64,000 nt of DNA from assembly GCA_003344405.1 (NCBI GenBank), contig NOWV01000153.1, positions 62,001 to 126,000 of the forward strand, read 5' to 3'. The translations under genes were made by a program, and so were the position numbers. This DNA is from Trichoplax sp. H2 (taxonomy: Eukaryota). The notes beneath the pieces were generated by a model, which saw only the letters and a program-made list of their open reading frames with translations, searched no databases and had not been told where the DNA came from. Positions 13,660 to 27,450 of this stretch are shown in pieces; position 1 is the first letter of the stretch, and each line of letters begins with the position of its first letter.

Positions 13660-16600
13660 GTAAATTGATCGTAATTTACTTGCATAACTTAGCCACGATT
13701 TTAAAGTGCTCGTAACGAGCTAATAAGATCAGTTTTAGCATTAGGTCTACAAATAATTGAACAAATGTCTTGACCATAAGTAGTTAAGATATTTAGATTT
13801 ATAAATCGAAGTATTATCGTCAAAATACAGTCTATTTTATAATGAGTTTTGGAACAAATCTGTATGTTCTCGATTTTAGAAAATGCATTCTATCTTTTGC
13901 GACTGTATTAAAATCTGATCCATTTGACGCCAATATAGAAAGTATAGTTTCAATTCTGTTAGGTGCAGTAGATATCACGTCTTCTGGGTTTACATCGAAC
14001 AGAATAAAATTTTATTCGTCGCATCAAGAACCAACGGTATTTGGCCATTAAGTTAGGGCTTAAGTGCTTCATGTTATCACCATTCCGAAAATCCAAAATA
14101 GTATTAAAGTAGTTGTTACTATTTTCAACAACGTATCCAAGTTAATATTTATTATTGTAACATCTCGATATGTTTCAATGTATACAGTCAAGAGCCATTA
14201 TTTCAATTTGTTTCAGTTAATTTAAAAGCCTGGTAAGCTGAATTTATTAATTATAGCTTACAGAAGCTTGCTTTTCCCCCTTAATATATAGCCAATATTT
14301 AATGTACCAACGGAAGATAGATAAATCTGTAAAATTATCTAAGCTCAAAGGAATTGATTTGAAAAGTAGTATTTTTATTATTATTTTATTACATTTTTCT
14401 CCTATCTTGATGGCCTAATCGATTTTTATTTAATTTTAACTTAAAATTTTGCTTTATATAAGAAGGATAAGCTTGAAAAATTTTAAAAATCATTTTCGAG
14501 ACAAATAACATATCTTCGTTTAATTCACATCGCATACCGTCAATCATTTTTAGGTTTTGAAGCCATTATTATTCCAGAGCTTGCTACTGGCTAAAACTTA
14601 AGTTAGACTAGTCGAACTTCATTTGAATATCTATTTCATATCTTTACAGAGCGAGGGAAAATCAGACCTTAATAATTTATTTATCGCGAAATTACGGTAA
14701 AATTCGTGCATTTACTGAAGATATAGCGCGCAATATGAATTCCTGATCGCGAAATGTATGCTTAGCTTAAACGAATACTGCTCTCATTAGTGCGCAATAC
14801 TCAAAGCGCCTATAAAAATTTATAGCAATACATCCACCTAATCTTTTAAATACTTTGACAATAATTACAACATCTCATAGTACGAAATATTTAAAGCGAT
14901 TAATCAGCATGTAAATTTTATTTCCATTCGATCAATACTTGTATACTATGTATATGTAATGTAGACAAAAATTAACTACAACTTAGGCCGCTGTATAACC
15001 CCAGCTAAGGTTTTCTTAAAATTGTCGATTGTTATTTTCAAATTGATGTAGTGTGGTTAATATCATAGTGAGAAATTCTGCCCTTTAGTAGTTTATATAT
15101 TATAATAATGCTAATGTATCGCAAGTATCTGAATTTTACACTTTTAAGTATCATTGTTATTTGCTTCCAGTTGCAGCATTTCAACAGCGCGAACCGAAAC
15201 TTAATGGGAGCATTTATACCATAAATATAAGTAAAATTAACTATTGCACGGGAATTCTTGTATATGTTATACTGTACGTATTGCTTAAGTACAGTAACCA
15301 TTTAGGCCTAAGAAAATAGCAACGATTCTCTCGCACTGATTAACGCAATCAATATGCGCAATATGACTAGTTGTTATTACTTAATTGGACAAAAGTACTA
15401 TGCTGTGTATGGTACCACAATATCTGTTTATGATCACCAACTATAATATGAATTAATTTCCATAAATCCTTCTACTCTTAGCATTTATTTTCTACTTTAG
15501 TAGTTTCCCATATTCATAACCTGTAAATTGCTTTCATGAGGAAAGTTGCTTTATGTAACTCTTATTACTGAGTAGAAGACATATCTTCTTGTAGAGCGTT
15601 AGCTATTAAAATCAAATTGTGATCCTAGTTGCTTTGCCTATCATAGTATTCGAATAAATACATAAAGTGGGATTAATGCTTATCCTAGAACAAGTTTATA
15701 GCATAAGATTAAATATTCATTAATAATATAGCTATTAAAAAACCTTGGCAACATCCGCATTTAGTAGATTACCTGTTTGAATAATCTCAATGAGTTTGTT
15801 ACTCCAATTTAATAAATAATTTGACTTAGGTCAGAAATTTTCACACCAATAAGATAAAACATTCGAATTAACTACAAATAGCCCTATTGTATTTGATTGC
15901 CGTTCATAACAACTTATTAATTAATGCTATCTAGTAATTTAGCCGCTATCATTCGAAATTATACAGATAAAATTAATACCCTTGTAGGAAAATAGATTGT
16001 GGCATACAATAAATGCCCAAGTAAAATTCTTGTATTGAAATTTATTATCGCATTACTTAAATTTGAAAAAATTAAACTCTTCAATTTTGACTTATTGATA
16101 TTATGTAATATACACACATAGGTGATTACTTGAAAGTTTTAAAGTTATGGAAAAACAAAGCAATACAGACACTTAAAAGCGATCACCTAACTTCTACAAG
16201 TACAGCAACAATTTACAGCTTTGGCAAGCCTATGCTAAAAAACCTTTTGACGCGATATATTATTCATAAAAATCTAAAGCTTACTAGTATTGTCTGTTAT
16301 AGCTAGTAGAACGCGTGAAATTAAATGGATATCTTTAATTATCACTTTGAAGGGTAATGGTACAAGTTAGGGTAACTTCTCCGATAGCATATGAATATAT
16401 AATTCTCATCAAAGCTTTCCCGTAAAATAAAATAACTTCCTACTTCGTATTTATCATATTATTTTACGATATAAATTAGCATTTTACACCTCAAAGCATA
16501 GCTTACAGTGCAATATTTAATTTACTACAGTAAAAATTTTTCAAATTATGGTTAATTAGATGCAGCGAGAGTTAAAGATACTTGCTTACGGTAATCCGCA

Positions 16601-16717
16601 TATGCATATTTAGGAAGTACAATAGAAGAGCTTCGTGGAGTTATCAATTAAGCTTAAATCCAACGATAAAACAATTTATGATATTTTTCACTTAACAATC
16701 TTGGGAATTATCAATAA

Positions 16718-17198
16718 TATAGTGATTTTTGGAAGGTTTAGGGTCCATCATAATCGCAATTAAATTGTCTGAGTTACACAAGCAGAGTAGAGTTTATTGG
16801 AATTAGCGCTAGAGGAAAACCGTGTGAGGTTATAGTAAGTACAACGACGTGACTAGTCGAATAGCTATAGCAATATTGAATTGGTAAAACGTGCAAGCTT
16901 ACAGTGTAACTAGCAGAACTAACTAACGAGATTAATGTAAGATTAGCGCTTTTATAATGTAAGAAGCACAACAGGAGGAAACTATTCATAAAACACGAAT
17001 GACTATTAAAAGTAGCATAATTCGATATTAGGACAGTTCTACGATACAATCAACCTAGAGTATAAGAGGTTTCCATAGTATTAATAGTTAAATGTAGATT
17101 ATACTAATAAGGAGTTATGTTATAGTCTATGTGGAAATTAAATTTGCTAAGAATAGGATGTACCGTATTTAGAAGCATATTCGCTGTTATACACTATA
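16718..17198 (-). mobile_element. Degenerate solo LTR, probably related to the 3015-3752 element
   Basis: 7-bp terminal inverted repeat TATAGTG...CACTATA. The minus-strand start TATAGTGTAT matches the first element's TGTAGTGTAT at 9/10. Minus-strand TATAAAA (16950-16956) and AATAAA (16793-16798) have about the same ~155-nt spacing. Shared 10-mer AGCTTGCACG (3606-3615 and 16890-16899). No clear TSD. Confidence 0.5.
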
Positions 17199-20100
17199 AG
17201 TATAAAACGAACTAAAAAGCTCGCTTATAATTTAATTTCATTAAGATAGTCGCTCGTAGGGCTTGATAAGCCTAGTATTGCTGCAATAAATATAAATAAA
17301 ATTTCAACCAAATGTTAATCAATTTGTTACTCTCTTCAAGTTATAAACCATGCACTAGGGTGAGTTAATCCACTCCTGCAAGATAATTGATGAGCGCAAA
17401 TATCTCACATTAATGTAAAAGAAATTCACTTAAGGTTGAACTATGGATAATGATTGAATTGGTATGATAAACAGATAGTCATCAAAATGATAAATATTTG
17501 TGTTTATCATTGACTTATTCAACTATTTACTAGGATCTGATTCCATATCATATACCATGTTCTAATTGATTATGAGATACAACTATATAATTATGCTAAG
17601 TAAATCATTAGCTCAAATTTTGGTTGTACCAGTTAAATAAGTTACTGTAATGCGGTTATAGTCGATTTTCGACTCAGTAGATCTCAGAAGACAATGTATT
17701 TTGTTAAATTACGGTAATGTAGCCGGATTGCTTACCGTAGCTTGGTAAAATGAATGAGTTAATTAATTTGATATCTACAAGTCACTCTCTTTAGGTTAAT
17801 TATTAAATTGGATACTCCGAGCATCTAGATCAATCAGTACTTTCATAAACATTTAAAAATCTTAACCATAATTTTATGTTTTGAATTCAGGCTGCGTAAT
17901 GATAGTAGCACACTGCGCATTTCTAGCCAGAAATCAGTTACTGCTTCGTAAAAATTATTTATCTACACTTAATAAACAATATTCATCAACGTGATAGATT
18001 ATGTACAGAAAGATGAAACAATGAATTAAATTCTAACAATTCTAAAAGCACAACAAGAAATGAAATTTCTAATAGTGAGTACTTTATGAGATATTACAAT
18101 TGGAGCTATCTATGCATTCATGCCTAACAACGTGGAGAGACCTTCGATAGAAAATTAAACTCATCATTTAGTTATTGTGAAATTTATACGTAATGAAAAT
18201 ATAGAGTTTACGAAATGATGGCAAGATTTTTATTTATCATGAAGGGTAGGGATATAAAGAGGGGTTTGATCGAGATAATGATCATGTTACTTCTGATATT
18301 GCGGTAAATTGAATTAAATAACGATAGATAAAAATCAAAGTTAGACAATGTATTTCCTGCAGATGATCTGCGTGTGACGTAGATAAAAATTCGATAAAAA
18401 AACTTATTCAATTTTCAGTACAGAATTGCAGGAAATGTAAGATTTCATTTGATCATTCAGCGTTAAAATTTTTACTACTGGTTTGGGATAACCTACAGTA
18501 TCTTATATATGGTTTATAGTTTATTTGTTACCGGTAGCCTTTTAAAATTTGATAATAAAACGCCTGATTATACGGGAAAATAAACATGATCATAAATTAA
18601 TTTGCCAGTTTATAATCAAAATTTGTGGTCAGAAAATTGTTGTAAAATCATTATGCAAAATATAAAGTAATTACCCTAGCTATGTACTTTACTTATACGA
18701 AACGAGCCAATTAGGCTACGGATTATATATAAATATCGACGATAAATGAAATTATTTTTAACTTAACCGTGAAATTTGTTACGGGAACTAATAATAGATG
18801 ATAGGCGGATGTCCAAGTTCCTAAACGTAATTACAATCGAAAAATGGGAGGTACAATATTATTATAATAATACAAGTATAATTACCTACCATCATTTGAA
18901 GTAGTTATTGTATATTAAGATCACGAGTATATTTTCATCTATAGTATTTCAATTCATGGTAATGGCTGAATTAGTATTCTTACAATTGTTCCTAAAGAAA
19001 TCTTCTAAGCTATACGATAATAATAGATAGTATAAATAATATAATTGACCATACTCAGAGCATTAATATTTATCCGTAAAAATCTCATAGGAAATTCTTG
19101 TTAGATCAATTAGTTCAAATTTTTGTCAACATAAGGCACATTTTCAATAATTACATAATAAATAACGCTTAAAAATTCTTCAGTATCGTCTACAAATCAT
19201 TTTTATTAAAAGCTCATTATTAATTGATGACAAATTTAGACTCTAACTTCCAAAACCGTTAAAAGCTACTTTGTGATGCAGTTCCAACCAATTACATCTT
19301 TAAAAGTTCATAATTATGACAGAAGCCATTGCTTATCAAAGCAAACTACAGATGACGTTATCATTAAGGAAAAGGCCTGATAGCTGCATAATTTATACAA
19401 TTAAGAAATGAATACACCCAATTATTTAGCTGCGCGTAAATTGTCTTCAATAATCGATTAAATTAACATAAAACACGGGAGGATATGATCAAGCATAATC
19501 ATTATCTCATTCAGCCAAGATGGCATTTTAAATAATATTATGAATTATGGTAATTAATTTCTTGGCCTGGGAACTTTACTTTCAGCCAGCATGAGAATAA
19601 ATAATTAGATTATATTATGATAGCTCATTTAACTCTGCATTAAGCACCACTGTAGTATTAGAAATATATTGTATATATATATATATATATACATCACACA
19701 TACACAGAATAAATCATTTTACGATATTTAGAGCTATTTAAATCATAATTAAAATTTCTAAATGCGTACATCGTCATAATAAATAAAATATGCCTGATAA
19801 CTCTGAAATTTGTAAGAAATCGAGGACGTCATATAGTACGTCAATCATCGGAATTATAATTACATGAATACTTGTCAAATTAGCCCATGACGCAAATAGA
19901 AACAGATCCCGATCGATTACTTTTATGAGCCTTTTTGGTGTAATAAAGATATTTTATTCCCCAGTTACCTAACTCTAGGTACTTCCCGAGTTAGATCGTT
20001 CATACAGTAATTTATCTACTAGATTTCTACATCTAATAGTGGGAACTCCATAACTTCTGTAGTCCCATAAAATACTAGAAATCTCTTTTGGGTATACTAA

Positions 20101-23100
20101 TTAGATCTTTATCACTAGACCGATATAACGATATCCTCCTAAAAATTTTGGGACTTTATAGGCGTATTGTTTATATTCATTTTAAAAATTAAGTAAGAAA
20201 TAGAATAGGTTAGCAATATGGTAGTTATCTAATCATTAGATGACAATTCTTGAAAATGTCGTGGGCAGAGCTTCTGTCAGATATAGTCCATTATTTCGAT
20301 ATTCATAATACACATATCAAGATATCCAAGATATCAAACATCAAGGGTTTAATTTGAACTAGAAATCAAGCAGCAAAAAATTGGTATTTTAAAAACGCTA
20401 TTAAAACCGGTTATTAGACATTATGGATAGGCGATCAGGACCTTCCCAATTAATTATAGTAACAGTAAGCATAATGGTAATACGTTTGTTGGTGCACATG
20501 CAAAAACTTTAACCTTTAATATTTGTGTTATACAAAACTGAGCTGCTTCGTACTTCGATTTACGTTAGTATGTAGTTATCATATTAAATACAGACTTCAG
20601 CTATAGCTAGAATTAGAAATGATTATAAGTAAGATTTTGAAATTAAACAAGCGATTCGATAAAGTAATACGGTGTCACAAAACAGCTTTGCAACAAGATA
20701 ACGCAATATACGATCAATAAGTCAATTCCTTGAACCACGTATCAAGGAACGATATCTGCACTATCACGAACACTTTTGCTCTACTAGTAGACTACACAAA
20801 GACTTAGACGCCTCGTATTTTATGCTAAACACTAAGTTTAAGAATCCTCTTTATTACACGATATACTGCATTTATATACTCTTCCTCAATTGTTCATCAG
20901 TCCTAGTTAGTACGATTACCTTTGGAATCACTTACAGAATTAGATATTAATTTTAGCTACTGCTCCCTTAATGCAGACAACAGTATTTACCAACATAGAC
21001 ATCTGATAACTAATACAGAATAGTCAGATTACGATATATCCTATCACGAAACGTTTTCACGATAATTTACAATCAACCATAAGTAAGTTACAATCACAAT
21101 GATTCGAACTGTAAGTAGATGATTTGCATTCCCTATTATAACTATTAATTTCAGTATGTGTATAAGTGTCACTGTCATAAAAAGTCAGTGCTACATTAAA
21201 ACACAGTATATCCAAGTTAGAAGCTAACTAAATAAGGATAGTCTAACAGAATTATCCTAACATAGATATTTCTACTGTAATACAGTATTTAACACTGTAA
21301 CATACGGAAATATGATTTTACATTACTGTATATTACATACAGTCATGATCGTAACATGCACACATATGTTGTTTTAGATAGCTGCCATTATTTGATTGAT
21401 TGTAATTTCCTTAGGATCGTAATTCATTAAGTCAAAAATTCTTGAGCTATAAACATAATAGTATAGGTATTCTATTGCATCACTGCCGCCATCATCTACT
21501 ATTACTTTACTAAGAATAATAGACTACACTAGTCTCATAACCCTCACCCCATATAGCTATTGTACTTTAAACAAATATTGTACTGCTATTATCAGCTGAA
21601 TTTACTGTAGCACTTTATAACAAAGAAGTCAAATTTTAAATACTACCTGTCGATCTCAGTTGATCGCCATATTACTACATTCTGGAATTTTGCAAAATAA
21701 TAATTGTTGGATAATCTTTTCTAATTCTTTATTGATAAACAGACCCAGTCAATATTTTCTGACAGGTAATCGTCTTCATTATTTCTTTTAAACCTATTAT
21801 GAAAGTACATGTAGGTTGTATGTATAAAGCTTAAACACTATATTTAGCCTAAGTAAGGCTGTAAGATTTATCGCTAATTAAAGTTCAATTGACAATTGAT
21901 TACAGCATATCTATCACCCATTTTTATTAGTCAGTATGAAGGGATTTCTCATAAAATAATGTTATTGTGCTAATACTAAATAAAGAAACCCACGAATACT
22001 GATAGCACAAATTATTAACTTTCGATTTAGAGCAACCTAATGCAGAGTTGACCTTATTGACTTTAGCATTCAGCTACAGCTACAAAATTTTCCGGAAAAC
22101 AGTTGCAGTCATCTTAAAAAATCAAAACTGATCTACATGATCATACGAAATTGGTGTAAAAATTTAAATATTGACGGCTTTACAATTATTAACGTGATTA
22201 TCGTAAGTAAAATAATAATGTACGATAATTTCGTCTTTTGGACTTCACTATATTAATAAGATATTTATAAAGGGTATATTCAAGTTGATTAAGAAATCGT
22301 TTAGTATCTTTATATTATGAGTAGACTTTCTTGAAGTAATAGATAGCGATGTAATATTCTAAATGTAAAGATAGTATCACAGTAAATTCAGTAAATTATG
22401 TTTCTTTCGCCATTTTGGTAGCATCTGATAATGAGTTCAAGAGTTTCATTCTAAGTATTCAAGGTGATTAGCAGTTATAAATTATTCCAAAACACTGTAA
22501 ATTGAATCTGCCGCTGCAGATATACTAATGAAATTTAACCCTGCACTAATGGACGTATTCTTTAATGTCACTTTTACATAAAGCTTGATCTAGCTAAGAC
22601 AAACTAACATATCTAGGTCATCCTTTAGGTTTGTTCTTTAAGAAGAAATTTTATTGCAGATTTCTGTCATGATTTAAACATGTATAGTTTGCCTTGTTGA
22701 AAGTGGGTGGTATCTGCGCTAGCATTTGGCAAAGCTGAACAAGATTATTGTTAATAATATCACAATTGGCTATGTATGTATGGGGATTTTCCATCCTACC
22801 ACCAAATACTATTCGAAGCTAGCTCTATGTTACAGTACTGTATCACCGGATATTTTAAAAATCAAAATATTAGACGTAGCACCGGTATCAGTAGTATGAG
22901 AATTACATCTTCTATAATCGAACGAAGGGTCTACTAGTATACGATAATAAGTTACTTTGCAATTTTGAGCATTTTTATCAAAAGCTACAGAGCTGTTATC
23001 AATTGTATCATAAACTGTAGCTATTGGGCTACATTCTCTTTGATTATATACCATTGATAATAGAAACGTCTTGACATGTTAATATAAGACACATTATATT

Positions 23101-23796
23101 AGAGCGATGGAATCAAATACCTTTATACGAGTACTGAAGTACTTTAAACCATTCAATAGACAGTGTAAAAATTATTTAAGAAGTAAGCTCTACTAAATAT
23201 CCATATGGTCCTAATTTTTGTTTATGAAACTATGCAATGATTACAAGGGCTTGATCTCCTTTATATAGATTGTATGTAAGATTTACTAAATCTTGGCTCT
23301 CAGTCATTTTAGCACTTAATAACCCAATATTTAGTATTATGTTTTCTCATTGCCTCATCATTCGACGTATAATTGACTTTGAACATTTCGTTTGAGTGAA
23401 TAAACGGAACGGTAACTAAATAGCGGCAGTCATTCAAAGTATCATTTTTCCGGTTACCCTTCTACATGCCTGCAAAATGATGGTCGAAGTATACGTAAAT
23501 TGCGTCACAATTAACTTACACTGATACGATACAATATACAAAATTTCAAATCTTTTCGTAATTTTAATCACTTTTCACCACTGAGAATAAACTAGTGCAT
23601 ACCAATAAATTTCTTAACTTGATGTAACCGAAAGTCAAGATTACGGTACAAATCGTTAATATTTGCAAAGCTATTTTAAATTTTATTACTGATATAAATT
23701 TAAGAATAAAAATTTGTGAAGTCAAATGTTTAAAAATGAATTAGTTTATTTGACGATTAAGCTGAGCGAAAATCTGATGTTGAGTTTAGTTCGAAA

Positions 23797-26700
23797 ATGA
23801 GCAAGAAAGAAAGGACACGCCTTGCAGCTCGAAGTAGACGTTTGGAAGAAAATGATTTAATGAAGAAGCTAGCTCAGCTATTACCAATTATATCAGATGT
23901 CGCTCGGCAACTCGATAAAGCCGCCGTTATTCGTTTAGCTATAAGTGTTTTGAAACTACGTCAACGAACCTTAAATCACAACGGTAACTTCGGTATTTTT
24001 CTATTGGTTACAACTGTCTCTTTATAAGCAATATTACTGCATGTATTCCTTATTACAATATTAGTTCTTTACATAACTATTCTTTCAGCTTCATGTAAAG
24101 ATTTTTCAGTTTTGAGCTGCCTTAGTCTCCGTAAAGACTTTTTTCGCAAATTTAAGGATTTATCACCTCGACAACTTAGTTGAATAGCCTAATACTTGAG
24201 GACTTTGAACAAGAAGTCATAAATTTTTTTTCAGCGATCGTTTATAGCGATGATCATGAATTACTTTCTAGCCATGAAATCTTGATAACAGTCGCAATAT
24301 TTAACCTCAAAATCAGTTAAAATGTAAAGATAGAAATTTGAGAAATCATACTAACCTTTAAATTCCTTTCTTCTTCCACATCCATGATAGGCCCTTCCGT
24401 TGTTGAAGCTAATTTAGTCCAACATATGCATAACAGTACGGCTAACATATCATAAGATGGATCAGCTACTGTATTTTAATGAATTGCGAAATTATTGTGT
24501 ATTATAAATTTGGCTAATTTTAGACCATTTTAGATGTATACTATTCGAATATACTAAAATGCGAATGTTTCATCGATATCAATATGTTGTTCACGTTTGC
24601 TATTATAATAGGACAGAGGAAATATTTGCACATCCAAAGATACTTCAAAAGCAATATTGGGTGGTATCTTCTTCAAGTAAATTTATTGATTAGCTGAAAC
24701 AAATAATGAAAAGACATATTTTAAGAGTTTCCGTTTGCAGCTTTTTTATTTCTGACCTTGCATTTCACTTCTATCCATTTATAATTTCTATCTAAAATAA
24801 TCAGGCATTAGATGGATTTCTATTATTGATTTCTAATGATTGCCAGCTATTATACGTTTCAGAAAGAATTTCTGTGCATTTAGGTTTGTCACAAGTAAGT
24901 CGAAAGTTGACATTTTCATATGCTTAATTTCTCATGAGTTATTTTTACCTAATAAATTGTAGCGTGATATTTTTCTGCTTCAAAAGCTGCATTAGGTAAT
25001 TGTTGAATGTGCAACATCATGCTTTCATAGGTTGACTTAATTGGATCAAGTTTATTGGACATTATTCATTCTGATGACAAGGAAAAATTATATAATTTTC
25101 TAAGTATTGACCTGTATTCGAATGAACCTGGTACGCACAATCTTATTTTAAACTTGCAAATGTAAAATTTTGATTAGTAATAGTTTTCTTCCTGGTTGAT
25201 ACATTTGGCCATAAATCATTCAAATATTCTATAAAATGTCCAGTAATGTATTTACAAGTACATCCAAAGGTCCTCCTCTAAGCGTATTATTGTCCTGTAA
25301 GACCTCCAATTTCAATTTCAATAGCTGCATACATTTCACAGATTCAATAAACAATTCTGCGTTATACCAAATTTACATAAAAAGCTATCAGCTAGTTTCA
25401 TAATTGATTCCTAATAAATGTTTAGATCAGCTATATGGAATTCATTTAGCAATTTTAAGTGTTGTTAGCATAGTCTGATTCAGTCATAATTGAAACTGTG
25501 GGCTGTTACAGTAAAATAATCCTACCTTATCAGAATCGTATGAGGCGAAATTATTGATTATTAGAAAATATATATACCCTAGCTTGCTTGCAGCTCAATA
25601 TTACTTGACATAGCTAAATCATATGTTCAATTACCGATAGGCAAAGGTAATGCTATTAATGAACTTAGCGGTAAAAGTCGATCTATTTTAATTCGCATGA
25701 AATGCAAGCTAGTTAAGCGCTTTGCGCTTGATCGTGGCAATAAAAGAGCTATGAATCAGCAAAATAAAAATTATAAGGTAAAACCATCAATTTATGTTAT
25801 TCCTTTCAATATAGATTTAATGCCATAAAATAGGAGATGAACGTTAGGAAATTCATTCGTCTTTACTAGAATTTGGATAAAGCTAGCAATATTTTAATTA
25901 AAACAACTCTCTGAATGTCATAATAAAAATTAGGAGAAATAATCTCGAAACGGATGCTCGTTGCGAATAAAACTAAATACGCAATACGTACCTTACGTAT
26001 GAAAGAGTAGTTTGCGAACATCATGCATTATGATATATTTGACAACATCAGATATCGTTACAGAATTAAATTATTGACTGCAATCTTGACTTTTAATTAA
26101 TCGTAATGTGAATGAAATCTTTCAAATATAACTAGATTTCACGATGCTAAATATGTGCTGCAAAGTGAAATTGCAAGAACTCGTACAACACCTTTTCTGA
26201 TTATTATAATATGTAACTTAACTTTTGCACTCATAGATAATTGCTACAATATTTGGTTCTCTTAATTGAATTCACTTCAATCTTATCATACTAACAACAA
26301 GGTTACTTTTACTTTCCTAGATAATTCGTTTTACCACTCACCATCGTCAATTGTCATGCTTCCGTTACCAACTTCCTAAAGATTTTGGTTCAATATATGA
26401 ATCAGCGATCGTTGCTGAACCTATTGCATCATTACAAACTTTAGAGAATCAAAATAGTAGCCGAACCTTTCTCTGTTATCTTACTTGCAATTTAGAAATA
26501 TTATGCTGCACGGAAGGGTAGGGTAACTTTAATAGCGTTACATTTAATGGTTAGAAATACGTGTAGTTATATCAGCATGCTACTTTCCTTATATTGTTAT
26601 ATCGTATAAGGCAAGTTTACTCTTATTTATTAGGCTGAATCTTTACTTATTTGTTAGTTTGCAGTATTGTACTGGTTTTCGTGAAGAAGAAGTCCAGGGT

Positions 26701-27450
26701 AAATCTTTGTATCAGTTTTGCCATACGCGTGATCTTGATCATATCAAAGCAATCCATACATCACGTAAGTAATAACTAAAGTGGCATATACCAGTAGCTG
26801 TTATATTATGGATTATGGTACGGTAGTTATTTAATTTGATATAAGTAGAATATAAATTAGAGAGCTATACTCCTATGGTGGGTATAAAATAGAGGAAGCG
26901 ACCGTTTTAGATGCCAGAGATAGATTACTGGAAATAGTTTATTAAAGCGATTATATAATAACCGTTAATCTTTTCTGTTCCTAGTTTTACATCCAGAACA
27001 GATCGTCGATTACTATAGTTATAAATGGTTAAGAAAAGACGGCGGCTGGTCAGTACTGCATTCTACGGCTCACATTGCGACAAATTGTAGGAGAACTACG
27101 ACCCTCCGGTACACTGGTAGAACTATTGTAATTAAAAATTATTTGATAGGGTGAGTCAAAATAGTGATACATGCCCGTAATATAGCTTAATGTTAAGAGA
27201 GGATTATGAGAAATGATTCAAAATAAAGAACTAAGCTATAATATTCCATAGAAACATCAGCATACTTGTAATTTCTCAATTGTTGATTACAGTTATTTTC
27301 ATTAAAGTATTTTAGCATTATAGGTTATAATTAGTTGTCTTAATTTGGACGTAAGACAGTTTATCTTCTCATATCTTCTTTGATATACTAATTATCTTGG
27401 TATTTTAATTATATAGAAAAGTAACAGGTACGAATGCTTTATTAATATAA
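23797..27450 (+). CDS. bHLH-PAS transcription factor, class I (Single-minded/HIF-alpha/Trachealess-like), multi-exon
   Basis: Hand-spliced GT-AG exons with consistent phases: 23797-23983 (bHLH, KKERTRLAARSRR...QLDKAAVIRLAISVLKLR), 24391-24435, 24612-24676 (..IGWYLLQ), 24805-24894 (ALDGFLLLISNDCQLLYVSERISVHLGLSQ, PAS-A, Sim-like SVHLGLSQ), 25031-25130 (VDLIGSSLLDIIHSDD), 25641-25777 (RSILIRMKCKLVKR..NYK), 26321-26517 (AEPI..RTFLCYLTCNLEI), 26658-26764 (TGFREEEVQGKSLYQFCHTRD, PAS-B), 26985-27150 (YKWLRKDGGW..IVIKNYLI, PAC). The last exon is uncertain; 27417-27450 would give ~375 aa. Confidence 0.9.

Noticed and set aside
22830-23054. 74-aa minus-strand ORF as a nested gene
   Set aside because: No recognisable domain or partner exons, and the length is within chance expectation.
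23797-27450. Calling the bHLH-PAS gene AhR or HIF-alpha
   Set aside because: The basic region and PAS-A are Sim/HIF/Trh-type rather than AhR-type, and no convincing ODD or CAD is visible. Orthology needs a phylogeny.
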